Origin: Candidatus Nanopelagicales bacterium
GTDB taxonomy: Bacteria; Actinomycetota; Actinomycetes; S36-B12; UBA5976
Direction: 5' to 3'
Length of the DNA stretch: 64,000 bases
Assembly (NCBI GenBank): GCA_018402365.1
Contig: JAGYJD010000007.1
Location: 1,929 to 65,928, forward strand
Position numbers and translations under genes: made by a program. Shown in pieces: positions 29,998-40,307 of this stretch. Numbering within the stretch: the first letter of the stretch is position 1; each line of letters begins with the position of its first letter. The notes beneath the pieces were generated by a model. That model had not been told where the DNA came from and did no database searches. It was given only the letters and a program-made list of their open reading frames with translations.

Positions 29998-30565
29998 ACG
30001 GTAGGTAAAACTCTTTTTTCGCTCACTATAAAATCTACTTTTTGATCATGTGGTTCATGTGGAATTTCTTCAAAGATTTCGTTGTCAAAAACTAAAACAA
30101 TTTTTTTTACCTGAGTTTCTAACTTTGACAGTAACCTGTCGTAAAATCCTCCGCCCTTGCCGAGCCTGATACCCGAGTGAGGAAACTGCAAAGGCAGGAA
30201 TCACTAGCACACTGATTTCTGGAAAATTGTTAATCGGTGCATTTTTGCAGGAACTTTTTATTTGCGGTGGACCTTGCGGTTTCTAAAATATTAAAGGCCC
30301 CGATCACCATTCTTTAGGATTTTTACCCAAAGCAGATCATCGCCAGAAACTATCGGCAGAAAACTCCTCTAGATTGTCTTAGAGCTGTAAATTTAATTAA
30401 ATCATTAGTTGGGGGCTCTAATTTTGTTGCGTTGTAGAGAGCGATGTCTTGATCTGTCGGTGTAAGTAGTCCAAAAACTGCATTGGCAAATGCCGCTGCC
30501 GCGTTACCAGGACGCGCTCTACGGGCTTTTAATAAATCGGCTCTTAGTTCTGCTTTAGATTGCAT
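29994..30565 (-). CDS. 5-formyltetrahydrofolate cyclo-ligase; frameshifted in the middle (probable error)
   Basis: N-terminal KAELR..LL.ARR...EPPT and C-terminal RLGKGGGFYDR...PHEPHDQ.VD in different frames. Confidence 0.85.
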
Positions 30566-30630
30566 TAAATAAGTATGGTCGACCACTTAGGGTTTACCAA
30601 ATAACAACCGCTAAAAGATAGGCTATTTGC

Positions 30631-31530
30631 ATGAGTCAATCAGTTCTTAAAGCTGTGATCCCAGTAGCGGGTTATGGCACTCGCTTTTTACCGGCGACTA
30701 AAGCAACCCCGAAAGAAATGTTGCCAGTTGTTGATAAGCCTGCAATTCAATACGTAGTGGAAGAAGCTGTATCGGCTGGGTTATTAGATTTACTGTTTGT
30801 TACCGGTAGAACTAAAAGAGCCTTAGAGGATCACTTTGATGACAATCCAGAATTAGAAGCAGCGTTAGGCAGTAAAGACAAACCTGAATTACTAGAAGCT
30901 GTAAGGCATCCCGCAGGTTTAGCAAAAGTACATTACGTGCGACAAGGCGTTCCTCGCGGATTGGGTGACGCTGTTTTACATGGCAAAGCTCATGTGGGTA
31001 ATCATCCTTTTGTAGTTTTATTGGGTGATGATCTGATAGATGATAGAGATTATATTTTGCCAAAAATGATTGAAACTCAAAATAAATTTGGTGGTTCAGT
31101 AGTTTTGCTTATGGAAGTTCCTAATTCAGAAATCTCGCTATATGGCTGTGCAAAAGTAAGTGCAACCGACGATCCAGCTGTAGTAAAGGTAATTGATTTA
31201 ATTGAGAAGCCTGAAGCTGAAAAAGCGCCGAGTAATTATGCAGTTATTGGCAGATACATATTTTCACCAAAAGTATTTGAGATTTTAGAAAAAACTAAAC
31301 CCGGTAAGGGTGGCGAAATTCAGTTAACCGATGCTATGACGGTTTTGGCAAAAGATGTTTCAGCCAGTGAGGGTGGCGGAATGTACGGGGTAATTTTTAA
31401 AGGACGCCGTTATGACACTGGCGACAAATTAGCGTATTTACAAGCGGTCGTGCAATTGGCAATAGAGAGAAAAGACTTAGGGCCAGAGTTTAAAAAATGG
31501 TTAAAAACATTTTCAGCTAAATTAGATTGA
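30631..31530 (+). CDS. galU: UTP--glucose-1-phosphate uridylyltransferase
   Basis: KAVIPVAGYGTRFLPATKATPKEMLPVVDKP and GEIQLTDA motifs. Confidence 0.96.
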   Translation: MSQSVLKAVIPVAGYGTRFLPATKATPKEMLPVVDKPAIQYVVEEAVSAGLLDLLFVTGRTKRALEDHFDDNPELEAALGSKDKPELLEAVRHPAGLAKVHYVRQGVPRGLGDAVLHGKAHVGNHPFVVLLGDDLIDDRDYILPKMIETQNKFGGSVVLLMEVPNSEISLYGCAKVSATDDPAVVKVIDLIEKPEAEKAPSNYAVIGRYIFSPKVFEILEKTKPGKGGEIQLTDAMTVLAKDVSASEGGGMYGVIFKGRRYDTGDKLAYLQAVVQLAIERKDLGPEFKKWLKTFSAKLD

Positions 31531-32123
31531 AAAGAAAATTGCGTACCAACCCACCAACTCTGTATTACGATGAAATTAAACTTCGTCCACTTAGGTATCG
31601 CGATGGCTCCACTTGGAAAAAACTGCGAAGTACAAATAAAGCATGGTTAAGGGAATGGGACGCTACCCTTCCGCCAACGGATGAAAATTACCCCGCTACC
31701 TTTTCTCAAATGGTTTGGCAAGGCAAACGAGATGCTAGAAAAAAAATTCATTTAATGTGGGGTATTGAATACAAAAAGAAATTAATAGGAATTGTCACCG
31801 CTGGAAACATCACACTTGGTTCAAGTCGAAATTGCTACATCGGTTACTGGCTAAGTAAAAGTCAGGCAGGACAGGGAATTATGCCAATTTCAGTAGCTTT
31901 AGTTTTAGATTTTATCTTTCAAGAGTTGAAATTGCATCGAGTTGAAATCGCAATTCGCCCCGAAAACACAGCCAGCTTAAGAGTCGTTGAAAAACTTAAG
32001 TTAGAACTTGAAGGTGTCAGGCGTAGTTACATTCATATAAATGGAGACTGGAGGGATCATCAAGTTTTTGTAGTGGTGGAAGACGAAGTGACCACCAGCT
32101 TTCTGGAAAGGTTGAAAAACTAA
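31527..32123 (+). CDS. rimJ: RimJ/RimL-type GNAT N-acetyltransferase
   Basis: IGYW, LHRVEIAIRPEN.ASLRVVEKL and HINGDWRDH motifs. Confidence 0.8.
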   Translation: MKRKLRTNPPTLYYDEIKLRPLRYRDGSTWKKLRSTNKAWLREWDATLPPTDENYPATFSQMVWQGKRDARKKIHLMWGIEYKKKLIGIVTAGNITLGSSRNCYIGYWLSKSQAGQGIMPISVALVLDFIFQELKLHRVEIAIRPENTASLRVVEKLKLELEGVRRSYIHINGDWRDHQVFVVVEDEVTTSFLERLKN

Positions 32124-32188
32124 GTAGTTAGGCTGACACGCCGCCGAGATTGAGAAATGCTTCACAAAAGCAATATAACCTTTACCGC

Positions 32189-32737
32189 ATGGGGTCTTCA
32201 GTAATTTTAATTGCCATGGTTGCTTTGTGGGCGATGGTTTTGATCCCTTTAATGTTGAAAAAAAATAGTCAACAATTTGAGAATAAATCAGTAGATCGAT
32301 TTAAGAATGCGATGAGTTTGATTAGTCGTACTGCCCCCGCTACGGTACAAGGTCGAGTGAGTTTGCAAGTTGAAGCAGCTCGAGAGCGAAGAAAACGAGT
32401 GACACTAGCTTTAACTTTGATCAATATTTCTTTTGGAATTTTAGTTGCATTTACCAGCTTTAGTTTTTGGTACTTTTTATCTGTTTTTGCTTTAGGCCTA
32501 ACTTGGCTAGTCTTAGCTTTTAATGCCTCACAGAAAATTCAAGTTGTTAGTAAAGCTGTAGAAACAATTCCTGAACCGCCACGAAACTTTAAAGTTCTTC
32601 CTAACCTTTCTCAGCTGCAATACCAATATGAAGTTGATCCACGACGAGAAATCATTATGGATGAACGACCCCGACCAGATATGAGAAAACCGAGCGAAGT
32701 AGTTCTAGAAGAAAGGCGACGCGCTAAGGGAGCATAA
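32189..32737 (+). CDS. Divisome membrane protein SepX/GlpR-like
   Basis: W..VL.P..L N-terminal TM, VDRF..AM..ISR, RRKRV...L and terminal RRA.G; sits between rimJ and tRNA-Ala. Confidence 0.7.
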   Translation: MGSSVILIAMVALWAMVLIPLMLKKNSQQFENKSVDRFKNAMSLISRTAPATVQGRVSLQVEAARERRKRVTLALTLINISFGILVAFTSFSFWYFLSVFALGLTWLVLAFNASQKIQVVSKAVETIPEPPRNFKVLPNLSQLQYQYEVDPRREIIMDERPRPDMRKPSEVVLEERRRAKGA

Positions 32738-32761
32738 CTTGCGATACCCTACAAAGTTATT

Positions 32762-32838
32762 GGGGCTATAGCGCAGTCCGGTAGCGCACCTCGTTCGCAT
32801 CGAGGGGGTCAGGGGTTCAAATCCCCTTAGCTCCACCA
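32762..32838 (+). tRNA. tRNA-Ala(CGC), CCA encoded
   Basis: GGGGCTA/TAGCTCC acceptor stem with G3.U70; anticodon arm CCTCG-TTCGCAT-CGAGG. Confidence 0.96.
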
Positions 32839-32840
32839 TT

Positions 32841-34334
32841 TTAAATCCAAAGATCAAACCAAATTCGCCAGAGCCATTCATTCTTTGGGATTGAAATTGC
32901 GGTCCATACTGGTAAAAAGAAAACAGATAAACCTAAAACTACAAATAAGTAAAAGGTGATTAGGGAAGTACCAGCCCAATTAGAAAAACCACTTGTTTTA
33001 AAAATCCAAGTTAGTTGCCTAAATAAGAGTGCGATAGCAATAGCAATAAACGGCATCATCACAATCGCGTAAAAATAAAAAGTTGGGCGGTTTGGGTAGG
33101 CAAGCCAAGGTAACCAACCAACTAAGAAAAGAATCAACACTAAGCCCACTTCAAAACTGGGCTTGCGAATAAACCAAATAGCTAGCGCCAGGAGTGCAAT
33201 TACTCCAACCCACCAAATCGCAGGATTTCCGATGGCCAAGATTTCACTGGCACATAATTCAGCTGCGCAATTTAAATTACTTTCTTCATAATAAAAAGCA
33301 GTCGGTCTATATAAAATGGGCCAACCTGCCGCATAACTTTGGTAGTTGTGAGATTCGGTTAATTGCGTGTGAAAATTCCAAATCTGCTGATGGTAATTAA
33401 GAAGGCTTTCAAGCGCGGAGTTCGCGGTGTTTTTACCCCAAGATAAATCAGATAAAAACCAGCCGGTCCAGCTGGCAAGGTAGACCAAAAATGCAGTTAA
33501 AGGTAATTGAATAAAAATTAACCACCAGTCTTTTAATACGTGGCCCAAAATTAAGTACTTTGGATGTAATTGTGACCGAAAGAAAATATCTAGCAAAACT
33601 ACGATTAGCCCAACTACTGCCAAAAACCATAGGCCAGACCACTTAATACTCACGGCCACTCCGAGTGATACTCCAGCTAACCACCGGTACCAATGCCAGT
33701 AATAGATAGAGCCAAATCGACTTTCAACAATTAAGCGCTGATCAATTCTTGCAACTGATTTTTCGACATCAATCAGTAAAAAGAAAATAGAAAGTAATAC
33801 AAAAAATATTAAAAATCCATCTAGTAGTGCGATGCGGCTCATTACTATTGCCAAACCATCTAGTGCCACCAAACTGGCAGCTAACAGGGCAAACCAATTA
33901 GATTTAAGTAATTTTCTAGTGACTAAAAAAGTTAAAATAATAAGTAAAGTGCCAAAAAGCGCGGCACTGAATCTCCAACCAAAAGTGTTAAAGCCAAATA
34001 AATATTCACCTATTGCTATTAGCCATTTACCAGTTGGTGGGTGAGCAACAAAAGCACCTTGGTCAAGAAAAATATTGGTGTTGCCATTCAATATTTCTGC
34101 TTCTGCGTTTTCGATTGTTGTTTTTTCAGTACCAGATTGAAGCAAGGCTTGGGCGTCAACTGCATAGTAAATTTCATCAAAGACAACTGCCGGCGGCTCA
34201 GAAAGTCGAACCCATCTAAAAAGACCCCCAAGTGAGGTAACAAAAAATAGACTTATTAAAACTTTGAGAGAGTATTTTGGGTTTTGCATTTGCCAGGCGG
34301 TCGGTAGATTAACCGTGGTTCGCGCATGACTCAT
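32841..34334 (-). CDS. pmt: Protein O-mannosyltransferase (GT39)
   Basis: VFDEIYY, VAHPP.GKW, GWRF, SR..LLD and KWSG motifs; multiple TM segments. Confidence 0.9.
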   Translation of the reverse strand: MSHARTTVNLPTAWQMQNPKYSLKVLISLFFVTSLGGLFRWVRLSEPPAVVFDEIYYAVDAQALLQSGTEKTTIENAEAEILNGNTNIFLDQGAFVAHPPTGKWLIAIGEYLFGFNTFGWRFSAALFGTLLIILTFLVTRKLLKSNWFALLAASLVALDGLAIVMSRIALLDGFLIFFVLLSIFFLLIDVEKSVARIDQRLIVESRFGSIYYWHWYRWLAGVSLGVAVSIKWSGLWFLAVVGLIVVLLDIFFRSQLHPKYLILGHVLKDWWLIFIQLPLTAFLVYLASWTGWFLSDLSWGKNTANSALESLLNYHQQIWNFHTQLTESHNYQSYAAGWPILYRPTAFYYEESNLNCAAELCASEILAIGNPAIWWVGVIALLALAIWFIRKPSFEVGLVLILFLVGWLPWLAYPNRPTFYFYAIVMMPFIAIAIALLFRQLTWIFKTSGFSNWAGTSLITFYLFVVLGLSVFFLPVWTAISIPKNEWLWRIWFDLWI

Positions 34335-34373
34335 ACCCAATAGGGTAATCCACAAGCAACGAAAAGAGTAAAA

Positions 34374-35216
34374 GTGACAAAGCCGGGAAAGTTGGTTTTG
34401 GCGGCCAGACCTATTGGTAATTTCAAAGACTCATCATTACGTTTAATAGCGGCCTTAAAGAGTGCTGATCTGATAGCAGCCGAAGATACCCGAAAACTTA
34501 AGCGTTTACTCAGTGACTTAGCAATAAAAACTTCGGCCAAAATTATCTCTTATTTTGAAGAGAATGAAATTAGTAAAATTGGCTACCTACTAACAGAAGT
34601 TAGAGCTGGAAAAGAAGTGTTGCTCATTAGCGATGCTGGAACTGTGACGATTAGTGATCCTGGATTTAAATTGGTTCAAGCGGCAGTTGCCGAAGGTATT
34701 CAATTAGAAGTGTTACCAGGAGCATCTGCCCCGATTGCAGCTTTGACGCTTTCTGGATTTGCCACAGATGAATTTACTTTTATTGGGTTTTTGCCAAGAA
34801 AAAAATCTTTAAGAGAACAGAAGTATTTAGAAATCAGAAATGCAACTAGGACATTTATTTTTTTTGAATCACCCAGAAGAATTTTAAGTACTTTAAAAGA
34901 ATTAAATGATTTTTTAGCCAGCGAGCGATTATTAGTAATTGCTAGAGAACTTACTAAAACATATGAAGAAATTATTAGAGGAAACTTAGCTGAATTGATA
35001 ATTTGGGCGAAGGGTGAAGTGCTAGGTGAGATTACGGTAGTGGTGGACGGGGCTAAGGCAAAGCCTGAGGCAGATTTACCGGCAGCAATTGGGGAGGTCT
35101 TAAATTTAATTCGGCTTGGCGTTAGCCATAAAGATGCAGTAAATCAAGTCGCATTAAGCAGGGGATTGGCCAAGCGGGCGCTGTATCAAGCAACTCTAGA
35201 ATTAGCGCATGAGTAA
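34374..35216 (+). CDS. rsmI: 16S rRNA C1402 2'-O-methyltransferase
   Basis: PIGN..D, AAEDTR, SDAG...ISDPG, FESP.R and RELTK.YEE motifs. Confidence 0.94.
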   Translation: MTKPGKLVLAARPIGNFKDSSLRLIAALKSADLIAAEDTRKLKRLLSDLAIKTSAKIISYFEENEISKIGYLLTEVRAGKEVLLISDAGTVTISDPGFKLVQAAVAEGIQLEVLPGASAPIAALTLSGFATDEFTFIGFLPRKKSLREQKYLEIRNATRTFIFFESPRRILSTLKELNDFLASERLLVIARELTKTYEEIIRGNLAELIIWAKGEVLGEITVVVDGAKAKPEADLPAAIGEVLNLIRLGVSHKDAVNQVALSRGLAKRALYQATLELAHE

Positions 35217-36777
35217 TAAAGATACTTTTTTTCTTTCTACACCTATTTACTATGTAAATGATGCGCCTCATATTGGTCACGCTTACACCACAGTTGCTGG
35301 TGATGTGTTAACCCGCTGGCGCCGCCAACGGGGGGAAAAGGTTTGGTATCTCACCGGAACTGACGAGCACGGCACAAAGGTACAAAGAGCAGCAGAAGCA
35401 AACAATGTTTCACCAAAAATGTGGGTAGACAAATTAGTTAAAGAAGCGTGGCAACCAGTATTAAAAACAATTGATGCCGTGAACGATGATTTTTTGAGAA
35501 CCACCGAAGAGCGGCATATTAAAGGTGTTCAAAAATTTTGGGAACTTGTTAAATCTCGTGGATTTGTTTATCAAGCCGAATACCAAGGCCCTTACTGTGT
35601 GGGGTGTGAAGAATTTAAATTGCCAGGGGATCTTAATGAAGTAGCTGGTGAGCAATTGTGTCCAGTACACGGTAAGCCAGTAGAGATTTTGTCTGAAAAT
35701 AATTGGTTTTTTAAACTAAGTGAATTTGGCCCGCAGCTTTTAGCGCATTATGAAAAAAATCCAGAAGCGGTACAACCCGAGAGTGCCTATAACGAAGTAG
35801 TTTCTTTTATTAAGCAGGGCTTAGTTGATATTTCTATGTCGCGCTCTGCGGTTTCATGGGGAATCAAATTACCTTGGGAAGATAATCAAGTTGTTTATGT
35901 TTGGTTCGATGCACTTTTAAATTATGTTACAGCAAGTGGTTTTGAAGCAGACAAAGATTTATTTGAAAAAACTTGGCCAGCAGATGTGCACTTAGTTGGC
36001 AAAGATATTTTGCGCTTTCATGCGGTTTATTGGCCGGCGATGCTTTTAGCTGCAGGATTACCTTTACCAAAATGCGTGTTCGCTCATGGTTGGCTTTTAG
36101 TAGGTGGCGAAAAAATGAGTAAAACAAAATTAACTGGAATTTCGCCTAATCAAATTGTGGATTATGTGGGCTCAGATGCTTTTAGGTACTACTTTTTATC
36201 GGCAATAAAATTTGGTCAAGACGGGTCCTTTTCATGGGAAGATTTGACTGCGCGCTATAAGGCTGAATTAGCCAATGGCTTAGGAAACCTTGCCTCTCGC
36301 CTTACTGCGATGGTAGGTAAATATTTTGAGAATGTCTTGCCAGCTCCAGATATTTATAACGATGAAGATAAAAAAATTATTGAACTAGCAAAAAATGCAG
36401 CGGTAGCAGCCGATCAAGCTATGGTCAAATTAGATTTTTCTAGTGGAATAAACCAAATTCGAGGCATTGTTGAGGCAACCAATCTATATATAACAGAACA
36501 AGAACCTTGGAAGGTTGCTAAAGATCCGACTCAAGAAAAGCGTTTAGCAACAATTTTGTATGTTGTGGCTGAACTACTTAGAATCGTGGCAGTTTTATAC
36601 CACCCAGTAATGCCAAAATCTTCACAACTACTTTGGGAGGGGCTGGGGGCCGCTGAAGTCTTAGGTGAACTTTCCGGTCAGTTAGTTTCAACCACCTTTG
36701 AATTTGGCCTACTGCCAGTTGGTGCTAAAACCAGTAAAGGCGAGTCGCTGTTCCCGCAGTTGGCAGATGATGAGTGA
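35209..36777 (+). CDS. metG: Methionine--tRNA ligase
   Basis: YYVNDAPHIGHAYTT, TGTDEHG, YVWFDAL and KMSKT motifs. Confidence 0.97.
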   Translation: MSNKDTFFLSTPIYYVNDAPHIGHAYTTVAGDVLTRWRRQRGEKVWYLTGTDEHGTKVQRAAEANNVSPKMWVDKLVKEAWQPVLKTIDAVNDDFLRTTEERHIKGVQKFWELVKSRGFVYQAEYQGPYCVGCEEFKLPGDLNEVAGEQLCPVHGKPVEILSENNWFFKLSEFGPQLLAHYEKNPEAVQPESAYNEVVSFIKQGLVDISMSRSAVSWGIKLPWEDNQVVYVWFDALLNYVTASGFEADKDLFEKTWPADVHLVGKDILRFHAVYWPAMLLAAGLPLPKCVFAHGWLLVGGEKMSKTKLTGISPNQIVDYVGSDAFRYYFLSAIKFGQDGSFSWEDLTARYKAELANGLGNLASRLTAMVGKYFENVLPAPDIYNDEDKKIIELAKNAAVAADQAMVKLDFSSGINQIRGIVEATNLYITEQEPWKVAKDPTQEKRLATILYVVAELLRIVAVLYHPVMPKSSQLLWEGLGAAEVLGELSGQLVSTTFEFGLLPVGAKTSKGESLFPQLADDE

Positions 36778-37609
36778 ATCTTTTAAGCAATATCCACCGG
36801 TCCCAAATAAATTAAATTCACCGGTGATGGATTCTCATTGCCACCTTGATATCACTGAGAATTTTTCGGTTAGTGAAGCTTTGTCTAAGGCGGAACAAGT
36901 AGGGGTTTGCGGGATTATGCAGGTGGGATGTGATGTTGCTAGTTCTGAATGGGCCGTAAAAACTGCGCAAGAGAACTCAAAAGTATTAGCTAGCGTGGCA
37001 ATTCATCCCAATGAGGCGCCAGTGATTGAAGAGAAACTGGGCCGAGCGGGATTAATAGCTGCAATTGAAAATATTGCTGATTTGGCTATTGATTCTAGAG
37101 TTCGGGCAATCGGCGAAACTGGTTTAGATTTTTTTCGCACCGCTAAACAAGGATTAGCAGCACAAGAATTTAGCTTTAGAGAACACATAAAAATTGCCAA
37201 TGAATTAAATAAACCAGTAATGGTGCACGACCGAGATGCGCATGAGGATGTTTTAAGAGTCCTGATACAAGAGCAAGCCAAGGCTGTGGTTTTTCATTGC
37301 TATTCAGCAGATGCTGATTTTGCTCGCCGCGTGAGTGAGTTGGGTTGGTATTTGTCTTTTGCCGGAACCGTTACTTTTAAAAATGCCTCTAATTTACGGG
37401 AAGCACTGCAAGTGACACCACTAGATAATATTTTGGTCGAGACCGATGCCCCATTTTTAGCTCCGACTCCTTATCGAGGACAAACGAATGCTTCTTATTT
37501 AATCCCCGTAACTTTACGATTTATGGCAGCACAATTACAAAAAGATGAAGACGAGCTAGCGCAAAAAGTACATGATAACTTCTTAAGAATATTTGGAAGC
37601 TTTGAATAA
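36770..37609 (+). CDS. tatD: TatD-family DNase
   Basis: DSHCHL, IGETGLD, HDRDAH, FHCYS and ETDAPFL motifs. Confidence 0.92.
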   Translation: MSESFKQYPPVPNKLNSPVMDSHCHLDITENFSVSEALSKAEQVGVCGIMQVGCDVASSEWAVKTAQENSKVLASVAIHPNEAPVIEEKLGRAGLIAAIENIADLAIDSRVRAIGETGLDFFRTAKQGLAAQEFSFREHIKIANELNKPVMVHDRDAHEDVLRVLIQEQAKAVVFHCYSADADFARRVSELGWYLSFAGTVTFKNASNLREALQVTPLDNILVETDAPFLAPTPYRGQTNASYLIPVTLRFMAAQLQKDEDELAQKVHDNFLRIFGSFE

Positions 37610-38456
37610 TTTTATTTCTGCAAGTGAGATTAGAGAGTTAGCTAAAAAGCTAGCCTTAACACCAAGTAAAAAACTTGGTCAGAATTTTGTGATGGACCCA
37701 AATTCAATTGAAAAGATTGTTCGTCTTTCTAAAGTTGATAAAAATGAGGTAGTTATTGAAGTGGGTCCAGGCTTGGGTTCTTTAACGGTTGGATTATTGC
37801 CAAAAGTTAAAAAGCTATACGCAATTGAAGTTGATAGAAGACTAGCTGAGCAACTGCCCATAACCATTGAATCCAAAATGTCTACAGAAAATTTATCAGT
37901 GATTAACAAAGATTTTTTAGATTTAAAGTTGAGCGACCTTGAACTCGAGCCAACAGCGTTGGTGGCAAATCTTCCATATAACTTGTCAGTACCGATTTTA
38001 CTTCAGGCACTTTTAAAATTACCAAGTATTAATAATTTTTTGATCATGGTGCAAAGTGAGGTAGCGGCAAGAATTTGCGCTGCACCAGATTCTCGTATTT
38101 ATGGGATTCCCTCGGTCAAAATTCAGTATTTAACTGAAGCCAAAATAGTTTCAGAAATTTCACGAAAAGTCTTTTGGCCAGAGCCTAATGTAGATTCGAG
38201 CTTGGTTCAATTAACTAGAAAGACAAATTTCGATGCTGCTTTACAAGTTTTACTCTTCAAAATAGTTGATGCTGCTTTTAGTCAACGACGTAAAATGCTG
38301 CGCTCTACCTTGAAGCAACTGGGATTAACCGAAAATGAGTTAAACGAACTTTTTGAAAAATCATCGATTGATCCTAAAAAACGTGCAGAACAATTGAGTG
38401 TGGCCGACTATCAAAATATGGCCCAGCAACTTGCGCTAATTTTAGGATCGTTATGA
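37593..38456 (+). CDS. rsmA: 16S rRNA m6,2A dimethyltransferase
   Basis: KKLGQNF, EVGPGLGSLT, VANLPYN and FSQRRKMLR motifs. Confidence 0.96.
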   Translation: MEALNNFISASEIRELAKKLALTPSKKLGQNFVMDPNSIEKIVRLSKVDKNEVVIEVGPGLGSLTVGLLPKVKKLYAIEVDRRLAEQLPITIESKMSTENLSVINKDFLDLKLSDLELEPTALVANLPYNLSVPILLQALLKLPSINNFLIMVQSEVAARICAAPDSRIYGIPSVKIQYLTEAKIVSEISRKVFWPEPNVDSSLVQLTRKTNFDAALQVLLFKIVDAAFSQRRKMLRSTLKQLGLTENELNELFEKSSIDPKKRAEQLSVADYQNMAQQLALILGSL

Positions 38457-39388
38457 CGTCTTCACTTAGCAGTTTTCAAAGTCCTCACGTCACTGTAAGA
38501 GTGCCAGCTAAGATCAATTTGCAATTATCGGTGGGGCCCTTGAAAAATACGGGTTATCACGAGATCGCTACTATTTTTCACTCAATCAGTTTGTTTGATG
38601 AAGTAACGGTTTCAAAAGTTAAGTCAGGTAGTGAGCACTTAAGTATCTCAGGAGTTGGCGCCAATGAATTACCAGTTAATCAAGATAATTTAGCGCATAA
38701 GGCAATCCGGGAAGTTGCTAAATATGTAGAACATCCAATTAATGCTCGCATTCATATAGACAAATCAATTCCGATTGCCGGAGGAATGGCCGGAGGTAGC
38801 GCTGATGCGGCCGCGGTATTGGTAGCCGTTAATTACCTATGGAAGCTAAATCTAGATAGTGAGCAATTAGTAAAAATTGCCAGTCAAGTGGGATCTGATG
38901 TGGCATTTTTATTGATTGGTAATACTCAAATGGGATTAGGAAGAGGTGAAAAACTAACTCCGGTTTTAACCAGAGGGGAATTTAATTGGGTTGTCGCAAC
39001 TAATCGTGGCGGTCTATCAACCAGTGAAGTTTATAAAGTTTGCGACGAATTAAGAGCAAATCAAGAAGTGGCTGCCCCCGAGATAAATAAAAATTTAGTG
39101 CAAGCTTTAGCCGGTGGCAACGTTAATCAAGTAGCGCAAAATCTTTCTAATGATTTACAAATTGCGGCATTAAAATTAAAACCAGAATTGAAACATTTAT
39201 TACAAGCAGGTGAAGATTTTGGAGCTTTAGCAAGTTTAGTATCTGGTTCAGGCCCCACCTGTATTTTTTTGTCAGAGACTAAGAATGCTGCGCAGAATTT
39301 AGCGGTAGATTTATCAAGTAGCGGATTATGTAAGAACGTCTTAGTGGCAAGTGGTCCAGTGCCTGGCGCAAAAATTTTGGCTGATTAA
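38453..39388 (+). CDS. ispE: 4-diphosphocytidyl-2-C-methyl-D-erythritol kinase
   Basis: PAKINL, IPIAGGMAGGSADAAA and VSGSGPT motifs. Confidence 0.95.
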   Translation: MTSSLSSFQSPHVTVRVPAKINLQLSVGPLKNTGYHEIATIFHSISLFDEVTVSKVKSGSEHLSISGVGANELPVNQDNLAHKAIREVAKYVEHPINARIHIDKSIPIAGGMAGGSADAAAVLVAVNYLWKLNLDSEQLVKIASQVGSDVAFLLIGNTQMGLGRGEKLTPVLTRGEFNWVVATNRGGLSTSEVYKVCDELRANQEVAAPEINKNLVQALAGGNVNQVAQNLSNDLQIAALKLKPELKHLLQAGEDFGALASLVSGSGPTCIFLSETKNAAQNLAVDLSSSGLCKNVLVASGPVPGAKILAD

Positions 39389-40140
39389 TTTAAGTATTGC
39401 AATGTAGGGTTTTTTCTTAATCCACTCAATCCAAACCAAACTTTATTAACAGCAAAGGCAACTATTTCTTCTTTATCCATAGGTCTTTCTTCTTCCCACC
39501 ATTGCCCAACGAGCGCAACAGAGCCGACTAACATTCTGGCGTAGACTGCCGCACTTTTTTTAGGAAGTCCAAAGCGACCAAAGGCATGATTCAATACTTC
39601 TTCGCAGCGATCGACGATGTCATTAACTAAACCTGAATAAGCGCTAGGCCCTTGAAAGGCAGGAGCATCTCTTAATAAAACTCGATATCCATCTGGATGT
39701 TCTTCAATGTAATTAAAGAAAGCCATCACGGCTTGTTCTAACATGTGGCGGGGTCTTCCAGAAGTTAATCCAGAGCTGACTGTGTCTAAGAGGGCGCGAG
39801 TTTCACGATCAAGCACCACCGCATATAAACCTTCTTTGCTGGCAAAGTGCTCATAAATTATTGGTTTAGAAATAGCAGCTAGTTGCGCTATTTCTTCAAT
39901 GCTGACAGCTTCATAACCTTTTTCAGCGAATAGATGACGAGCCATAGCAATTAGTTGTTCTCGCCGATCGTGCCCACTCATTCTCACTTTGCTAGCAACG
40001 CGGTCAGCCTCGATTTCGGCTTTACTAACTCGAGCACGAGCACGCGCTGTTTCGTGGCGAGCTTTTTCTTGTGCCTTCAAGAGTCGCTTTGCGGCTTTGA
40101 GTTCTTCTCGAGTCGGTTGCTCGGCAGGATTTACAGGCAT
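39385..40140 (-). CDS. TetR-family regulator (Rv1019-like)
   Basis: RREQLI..AR.LFAEKGY....IEEIA..A.ISKPIIYEHF.SKEGLY; divergent from tRNA-Gln. Confidence 0.9.
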   Translation of the reverse strand: MPVNPAEQPTREELKAAKRLLKAQEKARHETARARARVSKAEIEADRVASKVRMSGHDRREQLIAMARHLFAEKGYEAVSIEEIAQLAAISKPIIYEHFASKEGLYAVVLDRETRALLDTVSSGLTSGRPRHMLEQAVMAFFNYIEEHPDGYRVLLRDAPAFQGPSAYSGLVNDIVDRCEEVLNHAFGRFGLPKKSAAVYARMLVGSVALVGQWWEEERPMDKEEIVAFAVNKVWFGLSGLRKNPTLQYLN

Positions 40141-40195
40141 GGTGTCAACGCTACAACCGCTCTCGCTTAGGCTATGCGGGCACGAGTAAATGTAT

Positions 40196-40267
40196 TCCGG
40201 GATCGTCCAATTGGCAGGACACCGGCCTTTGGAGCCGAGAATCGGGGTTCGAGTCCCTGTCCCGGAG
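40196..40267 (+). tRNA. tRNA-Gln(TTG)
   Basis: TCCGGGA/TCCCGGA acceptor stem, anticodon loop CT-TTG-GA, GGTTCGAGTCC T-arm. Confidence 0.95.
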
Positions 40268-40307
40268 CGTGACTAAAAATAGGGCCTCTCACCGTTAGCA
40301 TGTCTGT

